A DNA stretch of 64,000 bases from Neoconidiobolus thromboides FSU 785 (lineage: Eukaryota > Fungi > Entomophthoromycota), in NCBI GenBank assembly GCA_025603075.1, contig MU626279.1, forward strand, positions 62,001 to 126,000, written 5' to 3'. This document shows positions 51,257 to 64,000 of the stretch, piece after piece (positions within the stretch are counted from its first letter, which is position 1; every line of letters starts with the position of its first letter). The position numbers and the translations under genes are program-made. The notes below the pieces were generated by a model. That model saw nothing but the letters and a program-made list of their open reading frames with translations. It had not been told where the DNA came from and searched no databases.

Positions 51257-51493
51257 TATGAAATTACAGTTGTGAGTGTAAAAGTGGTATTAATTATGAT
51301 TGGAGTTAATGAATATTGAGTATGTTATTATTTACTTTATTAATTGTTGTTAGTTGGATTCTATTTTTTAGATTGGGTAGATTATTATTGGTTGAAACTC
51401 AAATTCCCCTTAAAATTTAATAAGTATTAAAAATTTAAAAACTGAAAAAATTAGTTTTAGTTTTTTATTTTTTATTTTCAAATATTTTATTCA

Positions 51494-52033
51494 ATGGTAA
51501 ATAAATATAATAAATATACATAATAAATAAATATAATAAATATACATAATAAATTAATATAATAAATAAATATATATCAATAAAAAATTATTTAGGAAGA
51601 ACAAATACATAATCAATTGAATATAATTAAAGGAATTGAACAAGAAGCTAGTTATTTAAGTCAAAGTTTTGAAACAATGAAAAAAGAACTAAGTTTACAA
51701 TTAAAAGAAGTAAAGTTTATTAATATTAAATATTATTAATATGAAATTAATTGATAATGATTTTAGTATACACAATTAAGTTTAAGTACAGTGGAATTAT
51801 ATAATGAAGCTTGTTTTGAATTAAAACAGAAAATGGAAGCTTCTATTATAGAAATGAAACAATTAATATCAAAAGTTGAAGTCATTGAAAAAGAGATGGG
51901 AGTCATTGATAAGTTATTAGATCAAAGGTAAATTACTATTTTATTTTAAATATTAATAATTCTTTTAAAATGTAAAATTAGTAAAAAAATTAATAAAAAT
52001 TTGGATACTTTAGAAGCTATATTAAAATACTAA
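51494..52033 (+). CDS. BLOC-1-related complex subunit 6 (BORCS6/DUF2365-like) coiled-coil protein
   Basis: Manual splicing: M|EEQIHNQLNIIKGIEQEASYLSQSFETMKKELSLQLKE|YTQLSLSTVELYNEACFELKQKMEASIIEMKQLISKVEVIEKEMGVIDKLLDQ|SKKINKNLDTLEAILKY resembles the BORCS6 C-terminal helix pattern. Confidence 0.65.
51499..51568. repeat. 26-bp tandem repeat in the first intron of the BORCS6-like gene
   Basis: aaataaatataataaatatacataat x2 perfect (51499-51550) plus a partial third unit. Confidence 0.85.
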
Positions 52034-52076
52034 TTTATTAATTTATTAAAAAAAATAAATCAATTATTATTTTCAT

Positions 52077-53094
52077 TTATTTTACTTGATACTTGATTTT
52101 TGCAAAATAATGAAACACTTGTGGAACGAGATGATACAGTGGGATGAGATAATTATAAATCTTTGGTAAAAATACTAAATCCATACAATTATCCGACATC
52201 AATATCATTTTTTCTGCAACCACTGCAGCACTTAATCCTCTATTTTTAGGTTTATTTTTAGTCAATTTTACATCCACTGCTTTTTCCCTTAACCCAGTAT
52301 TAATTGAACCAGAACATAATATCCCAACTTGAATATCATTAACTTCTAATTTCAAGGAATTAAAAAAACCCATCAAAGCAAACTTAGAACCACAATAAAA
52401 ACTTCTAGTAGGCGCAGGCAACACCCCCCCTAAGGAAGAATTAATTAAAATGGTACCCATAATACTATTTTGTACTAAGTTGATGAATAATCCAGTTAAT
52501 AGAATATAAGATCTATAGTTGATATCTAAAATACTATCTAAAGGTTGAAGATTAGACATTGTTTTTTCAGGGGAGAAATCATTGTTATTTTCAATAATTA
52601 TATCTTGAAAAAAACTACTAGATAATATGCCAGCATTGAAAATTAAAGTATCTACAAAATCCCAATCTTCACTCACTTTTTCAACTAAATGAATACATTG
52701 TTTAGTATCACTTATATCACATGATATAATTTTTATTAATTGCGAATCTCTCTTTTTTATTGAAATTAATTCACTTTTTAAATTATTTAAATTAACTTTG
52801 TTTCTAGCTACTAAGATTAAATCCGCTCCTCTTGTAGTATATTTAATGGCTTTTATAAAAAAACATTAATCCAATTTAGTTGTTTATTTTAAAAATAATA
52901 AAGTTACCTAACTCTTTTCCTACTCCTTCACTAGCCCCAATGATTACTACTTTTTCATTAATGAATGTTATCTTCTTTCTTTTTTGAATTTTTTGATGTT
53001 GAATATATTTATTGATAATAAAAACAAGAATGATTAGTAATAGTAAACTATAAACTAATAATAATAGTAGATTATTGATTATAGTGAGTATCAT
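52077..53094 (-). CDS. Short-chain dehydrogenase/reductase with N-terminal membrane anchor
   Basis: VVIIGASEGVGKEL (Rossmann GxxxGxG), LIFNAG, NSSLGG, YCGSK (YxxxK), CSGSINT; two introns. Confidence 0.92.
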
Positions 53095-53521
53095 ATTTAG
53101 CGTAATTTAATCAATTGAAATTTCAAAAGATTGAATTTTATTACAAATTTAAAAATTTCTAGCAAATTAAACTTGTAACTTAAACTTGCAATTATTTGAT
53201 TTAAATTGAACTTGAAAATTAAGCATGTAATTATTCAATTTATTTTGATTCTATAAAATGAAAATTGACTAAAATTAACTAAATTGACTAATTTCAAAAT
53301 TTTAGATACTAACTTCAACCAATAATAGTTTAGATATATTTCTTTCAAGTCATAATCTTTTATAACTTACCAAATTAAATTAACCACAAAAATTTATGAC
53401 GATCGATTTAGGTCAATCAAAATATTAATTCCAATCTCAAATATTAAAAATTAAGTTCAATTAACAATAATAATATTAAGCTTCTGAAATATTGAATTTC
53501 TTTTTTCATTAATTTTATTAC

Positions 53522-53968
53522 ATGTCCTTGTTATCTATGACACCTATCAATTATTCATTACTACATAGTACTCATGCATTAATGGCTGGTAGTTATTATC
53601 TACTACTTAGTACCTTATCTAGTCACACTGGTATGGTCATTAGTATAGACAAATCCCTACTCCCCTCAATGACCTTACTACTCTTCTCTATTTCCTTGTT
53701 GTTAGTGGAAGCTGAGCCTATTTATCCTCGTTTACCCACCTTAATGAAACATTTATTAATTAGTCCTATTGATTGGGGTTTATTTAGTTTATTAATGTTC
53801 TTTTGTTGGGTGTTAATATTTGATTATTCGTTTGATTATATTGATTTAAACAAATTGGAGTTTATACCAAAATTAGCTTATTTTGTATTACCTATCTATT
53901 CTTTAATGTCTTGGTTACTACTAGCATTAAAAGCCATTGGTGTTTGGAATATTAATTCAGAGAATTAA
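53522..53968 (+). CDS. Hypothetical hydrophobic membrane protein
   Basis: Intronless 148-aa ATG-initiated ORF with 3-4 hydrophobic segments between SDR and TAO3; no family recognised. Confidence 0.6.
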   Translation: MSLLSMTPINYSLLHSTHALMAGSYYLLLSTLSSHTGMVISIDKSLLPSMTLLLFSISLLLVEAEPIYPRLPTLMKHLLISPIDWGLFSLLMFFCWVLIFDYSFDYIDLNKLEFIPKLAYFVLPIYSLMSWLLLALKAIGVWNINSEN

Positions 53969-54172
53969 CTGAATATATTATAAAAAAGATGTAAGATTTC
54001 TTTTGTAATGTTGGCATCGATGCTATTTTTTATATTTAAAAAATAACTATTATTTTATTTATTTTGTTCTTTTTATTAAAGTTATTATTTTTTATTTTAT
54101 TTTTATTAAAAGTTTATTATCGTTTTGAGTTTTATTTTTATTATTTTTATTTTATTAATTTCCTTTTTCTCT

Positions 54173-57100
54173 CTATTCAAAATACCCTTCTAACCCTTGT
54201 AACTTGTTATTTAATTCATTGAGATCTGCTAAGGGTCCATTTTTAAACCCATAATAATCTAAAATACTAGTAGTAGATGAATGATTTCTTTGATGATTAT
54301 GAATAGAAGATTGATCAGTATAAAAATCAGTCATTTTAGGTGGTTGAAATAATTCATTTTGTTGAAATTTGAATGAAGGTTGAATCAAATTACTATTATT
54401 TTTATGTCCAAAAGTATCAACTATTTCTTCATTAATTGTTAAATTAGATTGTTTAAATTCTTGAGTTATATTCACTTTAATTGATTCATTTGGATTGAAT
54501 TCAAATTGATTTTCTAAATATTCTAATGCTGCTTTAGATATACAAGATAATAATTGTCTTGTACATTGTTGTTGATTTTCAGTAATTGGAACAGCCCATT
54601 TATTTTTAAGGCCATGTTTACCTTCAAATAAATTCATTAAATCTTTATCGTTAATATTATCCTCATTATTTGTATTGTTTTCATTATTTTCATTATTTTC
54701 ATCGTTTTCATTATTATTATTCATTTTCTTTTCCTCTATAATTTTCCATAATCCAAATTTATTATTATTATTGTTATTTATAAAACTATTAATACTTAAT
54801 ATATCTTCAATAACTTCCAAAACTTCTTCATTATAACCTCGATTAATTAGAGATAACAATGGTAATAAAAGATCTGGTTCATCTTTTGAAAATTTAACAT
54901 GATCTGGATGAACAATAGCTAATAATAATTTAATTAACTTTAATCTTCTTTTAGTAATAAATATTGGATGTTCATAGCATAAACTTTTTAATATTAATTT
55001 AATTGCTTCCTTTTCATAATCTGGAAAAAAATGTTTTCTCACTTCTTGTAACAATTGTCTTAAACAAATTTCTTCATTACGATAGTTTTTGTTGGGAAGT
55101 TCTTGAATAATTTGATAAATTCCAAAACATTCACAACTTTCACATAATTGCAGTAATTCATCTATTGTTAAATTCAATTCATTTCTATCTGTAATATTTG
55201 TCTTTCCATCAATACTTGTAAAACTTATTAAATAAGGTAAACAATATAAGATTATAGCCAAATAAACCTTATTAATATCTATAATTAATTCAGATAATGG
55301 CATCAATGTAAATTGGTATAATAGCTCTAATGAAATAGAAGAGGCTTTACCTGAAGAGAAACCAATTAATAATGCATCTTCAATACTTGATAGATATAAT
55401 TGGTCTGGTAAAAAACCTAAAAAGATACTTAATCCATAAATATCTTTATTGTCTAATTGATTAATTGTCCATTTTAATAACTTAATATTACGTAAATATT
55501 CTAATTCATTATATGAATTTAAACTACCACATAAAAACCAAAATAGAGGTGGGGTTAATAACCATTCAGATAAAGGTATTGCTTTCAATCGAATTTCTAA
55601 AGAATTTAAGATTTCATCTACAAAATTTTGAATATCAGGTGAAAGATCAGAAATAGTTCCTGATAATCTAGATAAAATATCAATTAATGTTTTAGGTTGT
55701 AACGGTAATGAAAAACTTCGATAAATTTTAAATGAAGCTTTAGCTACTGATCGAATAGGACAAGAAGTTGCCCAAGTAGAAGCTAAATCACACCAAGGAT
55801 CCATTAAATCAGGTACATATAAAGAAAAAATTTCTATTACGTTTTGTACTAAATTAATTAAGGGGCTACTTTCTTGAGTTTCAGTATCTAATTGAAATTG
55901 AGAATATAAACTAGATTGAGCGGAATGTTTTAATACTTCTTTCTTTTCTAATAATTTACTGTTTAAAAAATTGGAAAAGATTCGTTCAATTTCGTCATAT
56001 AATTTAGTATCTCTTTGACTACTATTTAATAATCCTAATAATAAATTAGGTAATATGGGTTGAGCTAAATCTTGATTAGATATTGGTAATAATCCATTAT
56101 CATACGCTTGGCAAGCACCTAAATGTAACAATAATGGTAAATGATTTGAGAATGAATTTACTGCTAAGATCATATCAGATATAAATATTAATAATAATTG
56201 TCCTTTAGAATAAGCAGGTCTTTTAGTATGAGTTAAAATCATTTCATCTAAATTAGCAATATAAAAAGGTAAACTTAATTCTTTATATCTTTCCCAACCA
56301 AAAGAAGAATTCACTTTTTTTTTAGGTATCATAGAATTAGGTGTTAATTGTTCAATTAAAAAATCTAATAATTCTTGTGCAGTTGATGTATGACTTAAAT
56401 AAACAAATATATTTTTTGTAAAAAACACTAAACTTGGATTCCTTTTTTCAATATTTAATTGAATTAAACATTTTACTATAGCTGGTAATGCTTTTTGATT
56501 ATTGGACGAATAGAATAATTGCTTCCATAATAATTCAATTTCATTGGGATAAATAGAGGAATATTTTACTACTAAATATAACAAATTAGTTATAATAGCA
56601 TGTGAAATAGGTGTTAATTCTAATTGATTATAAGGTTCTAAACTTAATTGTAGCTCTTTCGTCCAAGAAGTTAATGATTTCAAAAGTGTTCTAACAGAGG
56701 CATCTAATACATTAGGTAATCTCATTATAATTTCCGAAAAGATTTCCAATACTAGATCTGGATGAGTAACTGCTAATTGATCACAAATTTTAAATCGTGC
56801 ATTTTCATAAATAGCCGCCAACGGATGAATAATCAATTCACTTAAATAATCTAGTTTACTATTGATATTACCTTTATCTGAAATATAATGTTGACGTAGC
56901 ATTTTACAGGCCATAGTTCGAATCCTTAAACAAGAATCTCCAATTTTAAAACAAATTAGTGCCAATTTCTTAGCAGTTGTAATTGGACAGATAGATGAAC
57001 TAGTCAATATTTTTCCTAATGCTAAAAAATAAGCTTTTGTAGATTCTTGTAGTGGATCCCCTGCATAACAATGATGTAATACCTTTTCAAATAATAATGG

Positions 57101-60100
57101 ATGATCTAAATTATAATTTAATAAATTTCCTAATCCTAATTTAGCAATTGGATGTAATTTTTTATCTGGTGATAATAAAATTGCTTCTAACCAGCCAAAT
57201 AAATTGGCTAAATTAAACGTATTTTTAGGTAAACTATTTCGAGTTGTACAAGAATTAATATTATTCTCAGACAATATTAAACTTGGATTACTAATAATAC
57301 TTCCTTTACATAAAATAGCCATTAGATTTAATGCTGATATTTCTAAACTTTTTCTTAAATCTTCCATGGCTACTGTTTTAGCACCTCTTTGTATGACATC
57401 CGAATATTGTTCTAATACAGATTGCATCATTAATACTTCCCTTTCTCTAGTAGAATTACGAAATTGACCATGGCCACACCATTTTTCAGCTAATTGAAAA
57501 ATATTCAATCTAGTTTCAAAGCTCATTGAATAGTTACTATCCTTAATTAAACTTAATTTAGTATATAGTTTTCTTCCTAATTCACAGAAATAAATTCTTA
57601 ATTCTTGATGTTTCCAATCTAATTGAACTTCGGGTTGAGATAAATATTGAAATACATCTTTTAAAAATTCTAAAATTTTATTAGCTAATTCATAATCTTG
57701 TAAATATTCTTCATCCTGTAATATATCAGCTGTAATAGCCAAACATTGAGTTAAACCTTCTCGAAACATATCTTGTTTTTTAATACTTTTAAAATCTTTA
57801 GCTAACATTCGTGCTTTAGTATCTTCTTGAACTAATCTCATAAATGGCTGTAAATCTTCAATAAATAATCGATAAATATTGTGATTGATATGACATAATG
57901 AGGTGACAATCATAGAACGTATCTTTTTATTTTCACATGATAGTAATACTAATACTAATCGAAATAAATCTTTAGCTGAATTGATTCCTTCTGTTGATTT
58001 ACTTTCTTTTTTACGATAAGATGGCTCAGGTTTTGAATCTAAAGATAAAGTAATTGTTGAACAAATAAAAGATAAATATTGACCATAATGGGCTAATAAT
58101 AAATCATCTGAAGTAGTAATAGTAGTAAATAATTCCATATCAATTATATCCAATGAAGTAGAAGATTCATTACTTGTATTTCTTTCAGATAATTGACTTA
58201 TAAATGGATGTAAATATTTTAATTTATAAGAGACCATATGACGACATAATACAATTGAAACAGGCGAAATATCTAATAATAATTTACTTAATTTAGGTAA
58301 TACAAAATTCCATAAAATTTGATGTTCTTTTTCTTCTCCTGTTGCTGCTTGATATAATGTTTCAATACTTAAACTTTTAACTTTATTTAAAAACTTATTA
58401 GTAAATTTTTTTGATGTTAATGCTTCTGTAATCACTTTATCTGCTCTTGAAGACATTAAAAAATTATAAATTAATTTATGATCTAATTCTAAATGTTCAT
58501 TTCGTGGTTCTATTGTATTTTGAGTAAATTTTGAAAATTCTTTTTCAATTTTAGATATTAATTGTAATATTTCAAATGATCCTTTTCGACAAGATACAAT
58601 TGGACTACATAAAAACAAAATACCTAAAGCTTCAATTTCTTCAATTAAATTCCAAACAGAAGAATTGTCCATTTCAATCTTATTATTATTTTGATTATTA
58701 TTTTGATTGTTTAAATATTCTAACCAACAATTTAACAATTCAACGAATATATTTAATAAATTAGGTCCATCTTGTTTCTCTTTTTTAGTATTATTATTAT
58801 TATTAGTATAAATGGGAGCAATTAGTTCCGTAAATTGAACATGAATATTCTTTAAACTTCTAGAAAAACATCTTAATACTAATAAATAAGAATTTTGTAA
58901 TTGACATAATCTTTTTAATGCTAGTCCAGCAGAGCTTGAGATTTGTGGATCAATATGATATAATAATTTAATTATCCAGTCAATTACTTTAGTTATTGTA
59001 TAATTAGATGGTATTAATAATGGAATAGAATCTAACCAAGCTGTTATTAAATCAAAATAACTTTGTTTATCTTTACTATATATAATATACATTGTACTCA
59101 ATTCATTATAAGGGTGTTTTACCATATCATTTAGTGTTTCTTTTGATGTTGATAAAAAACTATTGTTAATATTACTAATATTATTATTAATATTATTACT
59201 ACTATTATTATTGTTACTATTATTACTATTACTACTATTATTAATATTATTATTTATATTTATGTTATTATTGTCTATTAAATTTGGTGAATTTAAGTGT
59301 AATTTCAATTTATTTGATAAATATTTTTCTTCAGTTAATAACATACTACCATAACTAATTTCCAATGCTGGTAATATTAATTGTAATTTATCTTCAAACA
59401 ATTGTAATAAATTTAATATTTTAGTGTTAAATTGAAAGTTAATATTGTAGTTATTACTCAATTTTGGTTTTTCATCTTCAATAATAATTTTAGTTGGATT
59501 ATTAAAATTGAAGTCAATATTTTGAGGAAATGTTGGTACTTTAATTGAATTAATATGATCATCTACCAATAATAACAAAGCTCTCAAACAAAGTGTAAAT
59601 CTATCTGGTAATAATGTATCCATAAAATTGATCATTAAATGTTGATTATGATCTAATTGTAATAATAAATTATACCAATTTGTTAAAAAGTAATCCAAAT
59701 CATATGAAGCTATATAATAAATTATATAATAATAATGTAATGTTGTTGGTCCTTCATAAATTATTAATTGTCTTTTTGGGTTAACTGAAAATAATTGTCG
59801 AAAGATATTGTCTAATCTTTTTTGTGTGATTGTTGAATTTTCTACATATCGAAACAAATAAACCCACAGTATTCGACTTAAACATGCTAATCCATTTCGT
59901 GCATAATTCTTTTCCTAATAGTAATAGTGATAATAATAATAGTTATTATTATTATTAATTTAATATTATTATTATATAACTATGATATTTTATTTTTACC
60001 TTAACTTTTTGACAACATAAATCAAAAAAAGAAATCCACTTATTTAAAAATAATTCTTTTTGAGATAAACCGATAACAGATGTCATCAAAGGTAATGAAA

Positions 60101-61577
60101 TCTAAAAATTACAATTAAATATTATAACTCAACTTTAAAGAAATCTAAAGCTCACATCATAATTTCTAGTTTTTAACAACAATTTGGATGCTTTAGTATC
60201 TAATACTTCTACTGCTTTAACTAATATAGGAAAATTAACTTCTGCATCTACTAACTATTTAAATTAATGAATTAATAAATCAATTTAATCCAACTTTCTC
60301 TTTTTCTTAACTTACTTGAACAATGGGTAATAACATTTCTACAAAAGCTTCAGCATAAGCTGATTTCAATCTAGTGTGAGAAGTTTTTCTAAAAAAAGTA
60401 GCAATCGATAATAAAAATTCACTCGTTTCTTCTAAGGCATCATCCGGATAGATTTTTAATTTTAAATATTTCATAGTATAAATAGTCAATGTTAAATTAT
60501 CTTCATCTAATATTGTGTCGCCTTGAGTTTCTGGTATTTGTTCTAATAATGCAATAAAACGATCACTTAAGGTGGAGAATCTAATTGAGGAAGACTTAAT
60601 TAAGTAATAAATATGTTTATATATGTTACCTTAAACTGGATAAAACTTTAATAAATTGACCTAATAATTTATATAATACTTGATGATTATTGGATTCCGC
60701 TATCATTTGACTAGAAACATATTTTATATTTAAAAAAAAGTTAAATAGACTAAATTAATCAGAACTTACGGCGTAAACGTTTTTAAAATAGAAAAAGCTA
60801 ATTCTTCCAATGCATTACCCGCTTTATCTAAGCTACGTGTTTGCTTGATTTGTTTTAACATTTCAAGTAAGACTCGTAGACTTAAATATTTCACTGTAAG
60901 CTATAATAAAATAAATTCAATATTAATTCCATTTACAAATTTTTTTTAATTTACGTTGATCCTATCCATTAGTAAAGCTTGGGATCTAGATTGTCTACGA
61001 AGTTCTTTACTTTGAAAGAAATTATTAATAACCGGATAAATATAAAATGGTGATAATAAACTTACATTGACATTGCGGAACATTTAATATTTTGCCAAGT
61101 TAATATAGAATCCGTTAATAAACTTGGATTTTGTCTACTTACAGAACCTAAAGAATATAAAATACTATCTAAGTTTTCATCTTTCCCTTTTCCGACTAAA
61201 TCAGAGATACGAAAGCCTAGTTTCTAAATGGATGAAATTAAATTAGTAAAAATCAATTATGTATTTAACTTTATCTTATTTTTTAGTATTCAAAATAAAC
61301 TTACCAAGTCATGTGCCATAGCTAAATCAATTTTCTCTTCCGCTAACTTTGTAAATGAAGTAAATAAATTAAATGTAACAATTTCAGTAGAGTGAGTTAA
61401 ATTGGCTTGTAATTCTAACTTTTTATCTTTGAGATGAAGTAATGGATCTTTATTTAACTCATTCAAAGAGGATGTACTTGTTAAATGAGTATCTATTTTA
61501 TTATCATCTATTTGGGTTGGGATCCATATTGAATTGGAATCCGCTTGTATTGAGTTTTCAATATCGTCAAGGTTCAT
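54173..61577 (-). CDS. TAO3: Cell morphogenesis protein TAO3/PAG1/Mor2 (Furry family)
   Basis: Long HEAT-like protein: KSAYAEAFVEMLLPIV, FRYVE, WCGH, EREVLMM, WATSCPIRSVAKASFKIYRS, RLSGTISD; several short 5' exons plus a 1894-aa ORF. Confidence 0.93.
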
Positions 61578-61707
61578 GCTTTTTTTTAGATTAGTGAAGT
61601 AAAAGTTTTGGTTTTTTTTAAAATGAAATGGAATTCAAACTCAAAGAATTTATTGATTTTTTATGTATTAAAATATTTTGTTCTTTTCAAAAAATTATTA
61701 GAAAATT

Positions 61708-63258
61708 ATGTTGTAATATTAATAAATTAAATAGATTAAATAAAACCCATTATTAACCCATATTTATTATCTGTAGTAAACCAAAAACGGAGCCTATAAA
61801 GAAAGAGATAATCGAACCGAATATTGATCTAACGCAGATAGATGATAACTCAATATCTATAAAACAAGAGTTTGCAACCAAAAAAATCATAGCTAAATTA
61901 CATGATGAGTTTGAATATATTGGTAACAATACAGAAGAAGTCCAATTGGAAGTTGAAGATATATTTAAAAAAGAAAATGAACATCGGTATATGAAAGCAA
62001 ATATAACAGATTGGACTTTAAATTTAGAAGATAGAATCTATGACTTAGGAGAGAAAATTATATTCGAACTAAAAAATGAGAATTCTGAAAAAGAAATCAC
62101 ATTCTCAGATCCAAGCTCGACTAGTCAGCAAGATATCTATTGTATTGGACGAATCTCTTATGATCAAACAGAAGATAGTCAAATAACTAAATTAGATAAA
62201 GATAACATTTATTTTGAAGCTTTGGTTAATAATAATAATTTTACCAAAGTATTATTGAATATTCAACAATTAAATCAATTTTCTTTTTTTCCTGGACAAA
62301 TAATAGCTTTAAAAGGTAAAAATCCCTCGGGTAAAGAATTTATCATTAATCAAGTAATACAACCACCAAATTTACCTAAAGATGAAATACAAAACAGTAA
62401 AGGTTCAACTACAGTGGTTGCTGCAGGTCCATTTACTTTGGACAACAATTTAAAATTTGATCCTTTAAAAGATTTATTAAATTATATATCAAGTAATATT
62501 ATCAATTGCCAAATATTAGTCTTAATTGGACCTTTTCTAGCGGATGATCATCCTAAAGTGATATCTAACCGATATCCAGGTTCAATACCTACCTTTACTA
62601 CACAAATTAGCAATTTACTATCCCAATTTGTCCAATCAAAATCTAATCCTAAAGTCATATTAATACCATCTACAAAAGATGTATTTCATCCATATACTAT
62701 TTTCCCTCAACCAGGATTTAAAAAAGGAGTCAAATTACAACTATTACATCCTAATATTTATACTGCTTCTAATCCAGCTTTTTTTAAACTTAATCAAGCT
62801 TCATTTTTAGCCCAATCAATTGATGTACTGTTAGCTATATCAATGACCGAATGTTCAGTGGGGCAAAAAAAGCCGCGTATGAGTTTGTTATCGGAACATT
62901 TATTAAATCAATATCATTCTTTACCCATTTATCCTTATCCAGAAGAATTCGATGTGGATTTATCCAATCTTAACTCTATTACTTTAGATAGAAAACCGAA
63001 TTTTTTATTACTTCCATCTAAGTTACATCCTTTTTGTAAGGTAAGCCTTATTATTTATTTTTATATTATTTATTAACTCCAATGTAGATAATTTCAGACA
63101 AAGATACAATTGTTGTTAATCCTGGCACTTTATGCTCTGGACAAAGTATGGGTACATTTGCTGTAATAAAAATTAATCCAGAAGATTTAGAAGGTATTGA
63201 AGAAGACCCAAGTCAAGAATTTTCAAATAGAACACAAGTTGAAATTATCAAATTATAA
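61708..63258 (+). CDS. POL12: DNA polymerase alpha/primase B subunit
   Basis: QDIYCIGRI, FSFFPGQIIALKGKNPSGKEF, VAAGPFT, LVLIGPFL, ILIPSTKD...IFPQP, PNFLLLPSKL, VVNPG; start ATG at 61708 inferred from a 5-nt first exon. Confidence 0.95.
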
Positions 63259-63327
63259 TTAAAAACAGTAATAAAAAAAATTATAAATTACAAACCCTAA
63301 GAAAATCTTGAATTTTATTTATTTAAT

Positions 63328-64000
63328 TTATTGCTTTTGTAAATCGGCCGTTTTATAAATTTCCCCAATAATATTAAGTGCCATAGCTCTTAATCTTATT
63401 TCTTCTTTATTTTTTGGATCTTCACTCAATATTTTATCACAAACTCGACGAATAACTCCTTGTACTTCAATACGAGAACCCATCCAAATAAGATCCAAGC
63501 CTTTTTGAGCAAATTCTTCTTCTAATTGTGATTTTTTAGCCATATCAATACCCTCTTTATCCGCATTCATCAATAAATCACCAGTCCTTTGTAATTGTGC
63601 AGTGGATTTAATAGCGGATACAGTATCATTAAAAGTATTAAATGCATCACCAAAATAATGACCAGTTTCTTTAAAATAACTAAATAACTTTGGAGTCTTC
63701 AGGGATTCAAGGTATCTTGTCGCTTTTTGTGAATAAATGGTACCAACTGCTTTTAGTATTTCAGTACCAAAAGAAGCTACTTTTAAATCTTCCACTTCCA
63801 ACTCGATTTGTTTACGAAATTCCATATCTCTTGTTTTAACATCTCCTTCGATATAATTCCTTATCTTAGCCAATAATGTACCTGTTAGATATTCTATCCT
63901 TTCAACCATAGCTTCTTCTCTTGCTGAAGATTCTTCTTCATCTTTTTTCTTCTGTTCTTCTTTTGTTAACTTCTTTTCTTCAACGGTACCCTCCTCTTCT
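63328..64000 (-). CDS. DnaJ X-domain protein (DJP1/CAJ1-like), C-terminal part; gene continues beyond window end
   Basis: EVEDLKVASFGTEILKAVGTIY...A...L; IEVQGVIRRVCDKIL...RLRAMALNIIGEIY fits the DNAJ-X domain. Confidence 0.88.
   Translation of the reverse strand, partial: EEEGTVEEKKLTKEEQKKKDEEESSAREEAMVERIEYLTGTLLAKIRNYIEGDVKTRDMEFRKQIELEVEDLKVASFGTEILKAVGTIYSQKATRYLESLKTPKLFSYFKETGHYFGDAFNTFNDTVSAIKSTAQLQRTGDLLMNADKEGIDMAKKSQLEEEFAQKGLDLIWMGSRIEVQGVIRRVCDKILSEDPKNKEEIRLRAMALNIIGEIYKTADLQKQ

Noticed and set aside
59163-59354. Poly-Leu ORF that looks like a signal or transmembrane peptide
   Set aside because: Antisense reading of the Asn-rich (AAT)n tract inside TAO3.

Overview
AT-rich, intron-rich eukaryotic (fungal) genomic DNA with short GT-AG introns. 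Composition and gene content fit an early-diverging fungus such as Conidiobolus (inference, not verified). About 29 protein-coding genes are recognisable: partial secreted tyrosinase-like protein, DUF2306-like membrane protein, secreted Ser/Thr/Asp/Tyr-repeat protein, EXS protein, cyclin C, GH17, ERO1, VPS37, GTR2/RagC-D, GH72, alkaline-ceramidase-like CREST hydrolase, DUF2015, clathrin heavy chain, MRPS8, RPL34, TIM21, twinfilin, cytochrome P450, NRG1-like zinc finger, a large AT-hook protein, BORCS6-like, SDR, TAO3, POL12, a partial DnaJ-X protein and a few orphan membrane ORFs. There is one tRNA-Ala(AGC). The intergenic DNA holds three non-autonomous mobile element families seen by eye: 13 clear copies (plus one degenerate) of a ~105-bp MITE with ATATGGGGATG terminal inverted repeats, two ~463-bp solo-LTR-like copies (one with a 4-bp target-site duplication), and one 101-bp piggyBac-type MITE (TTAA|CCC...GGG|TTAA). 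Several proteins show motif changes worth testing. I found no convincing novel multi-gene system. Spliced gene boundaries were assembled manually and are approximate.
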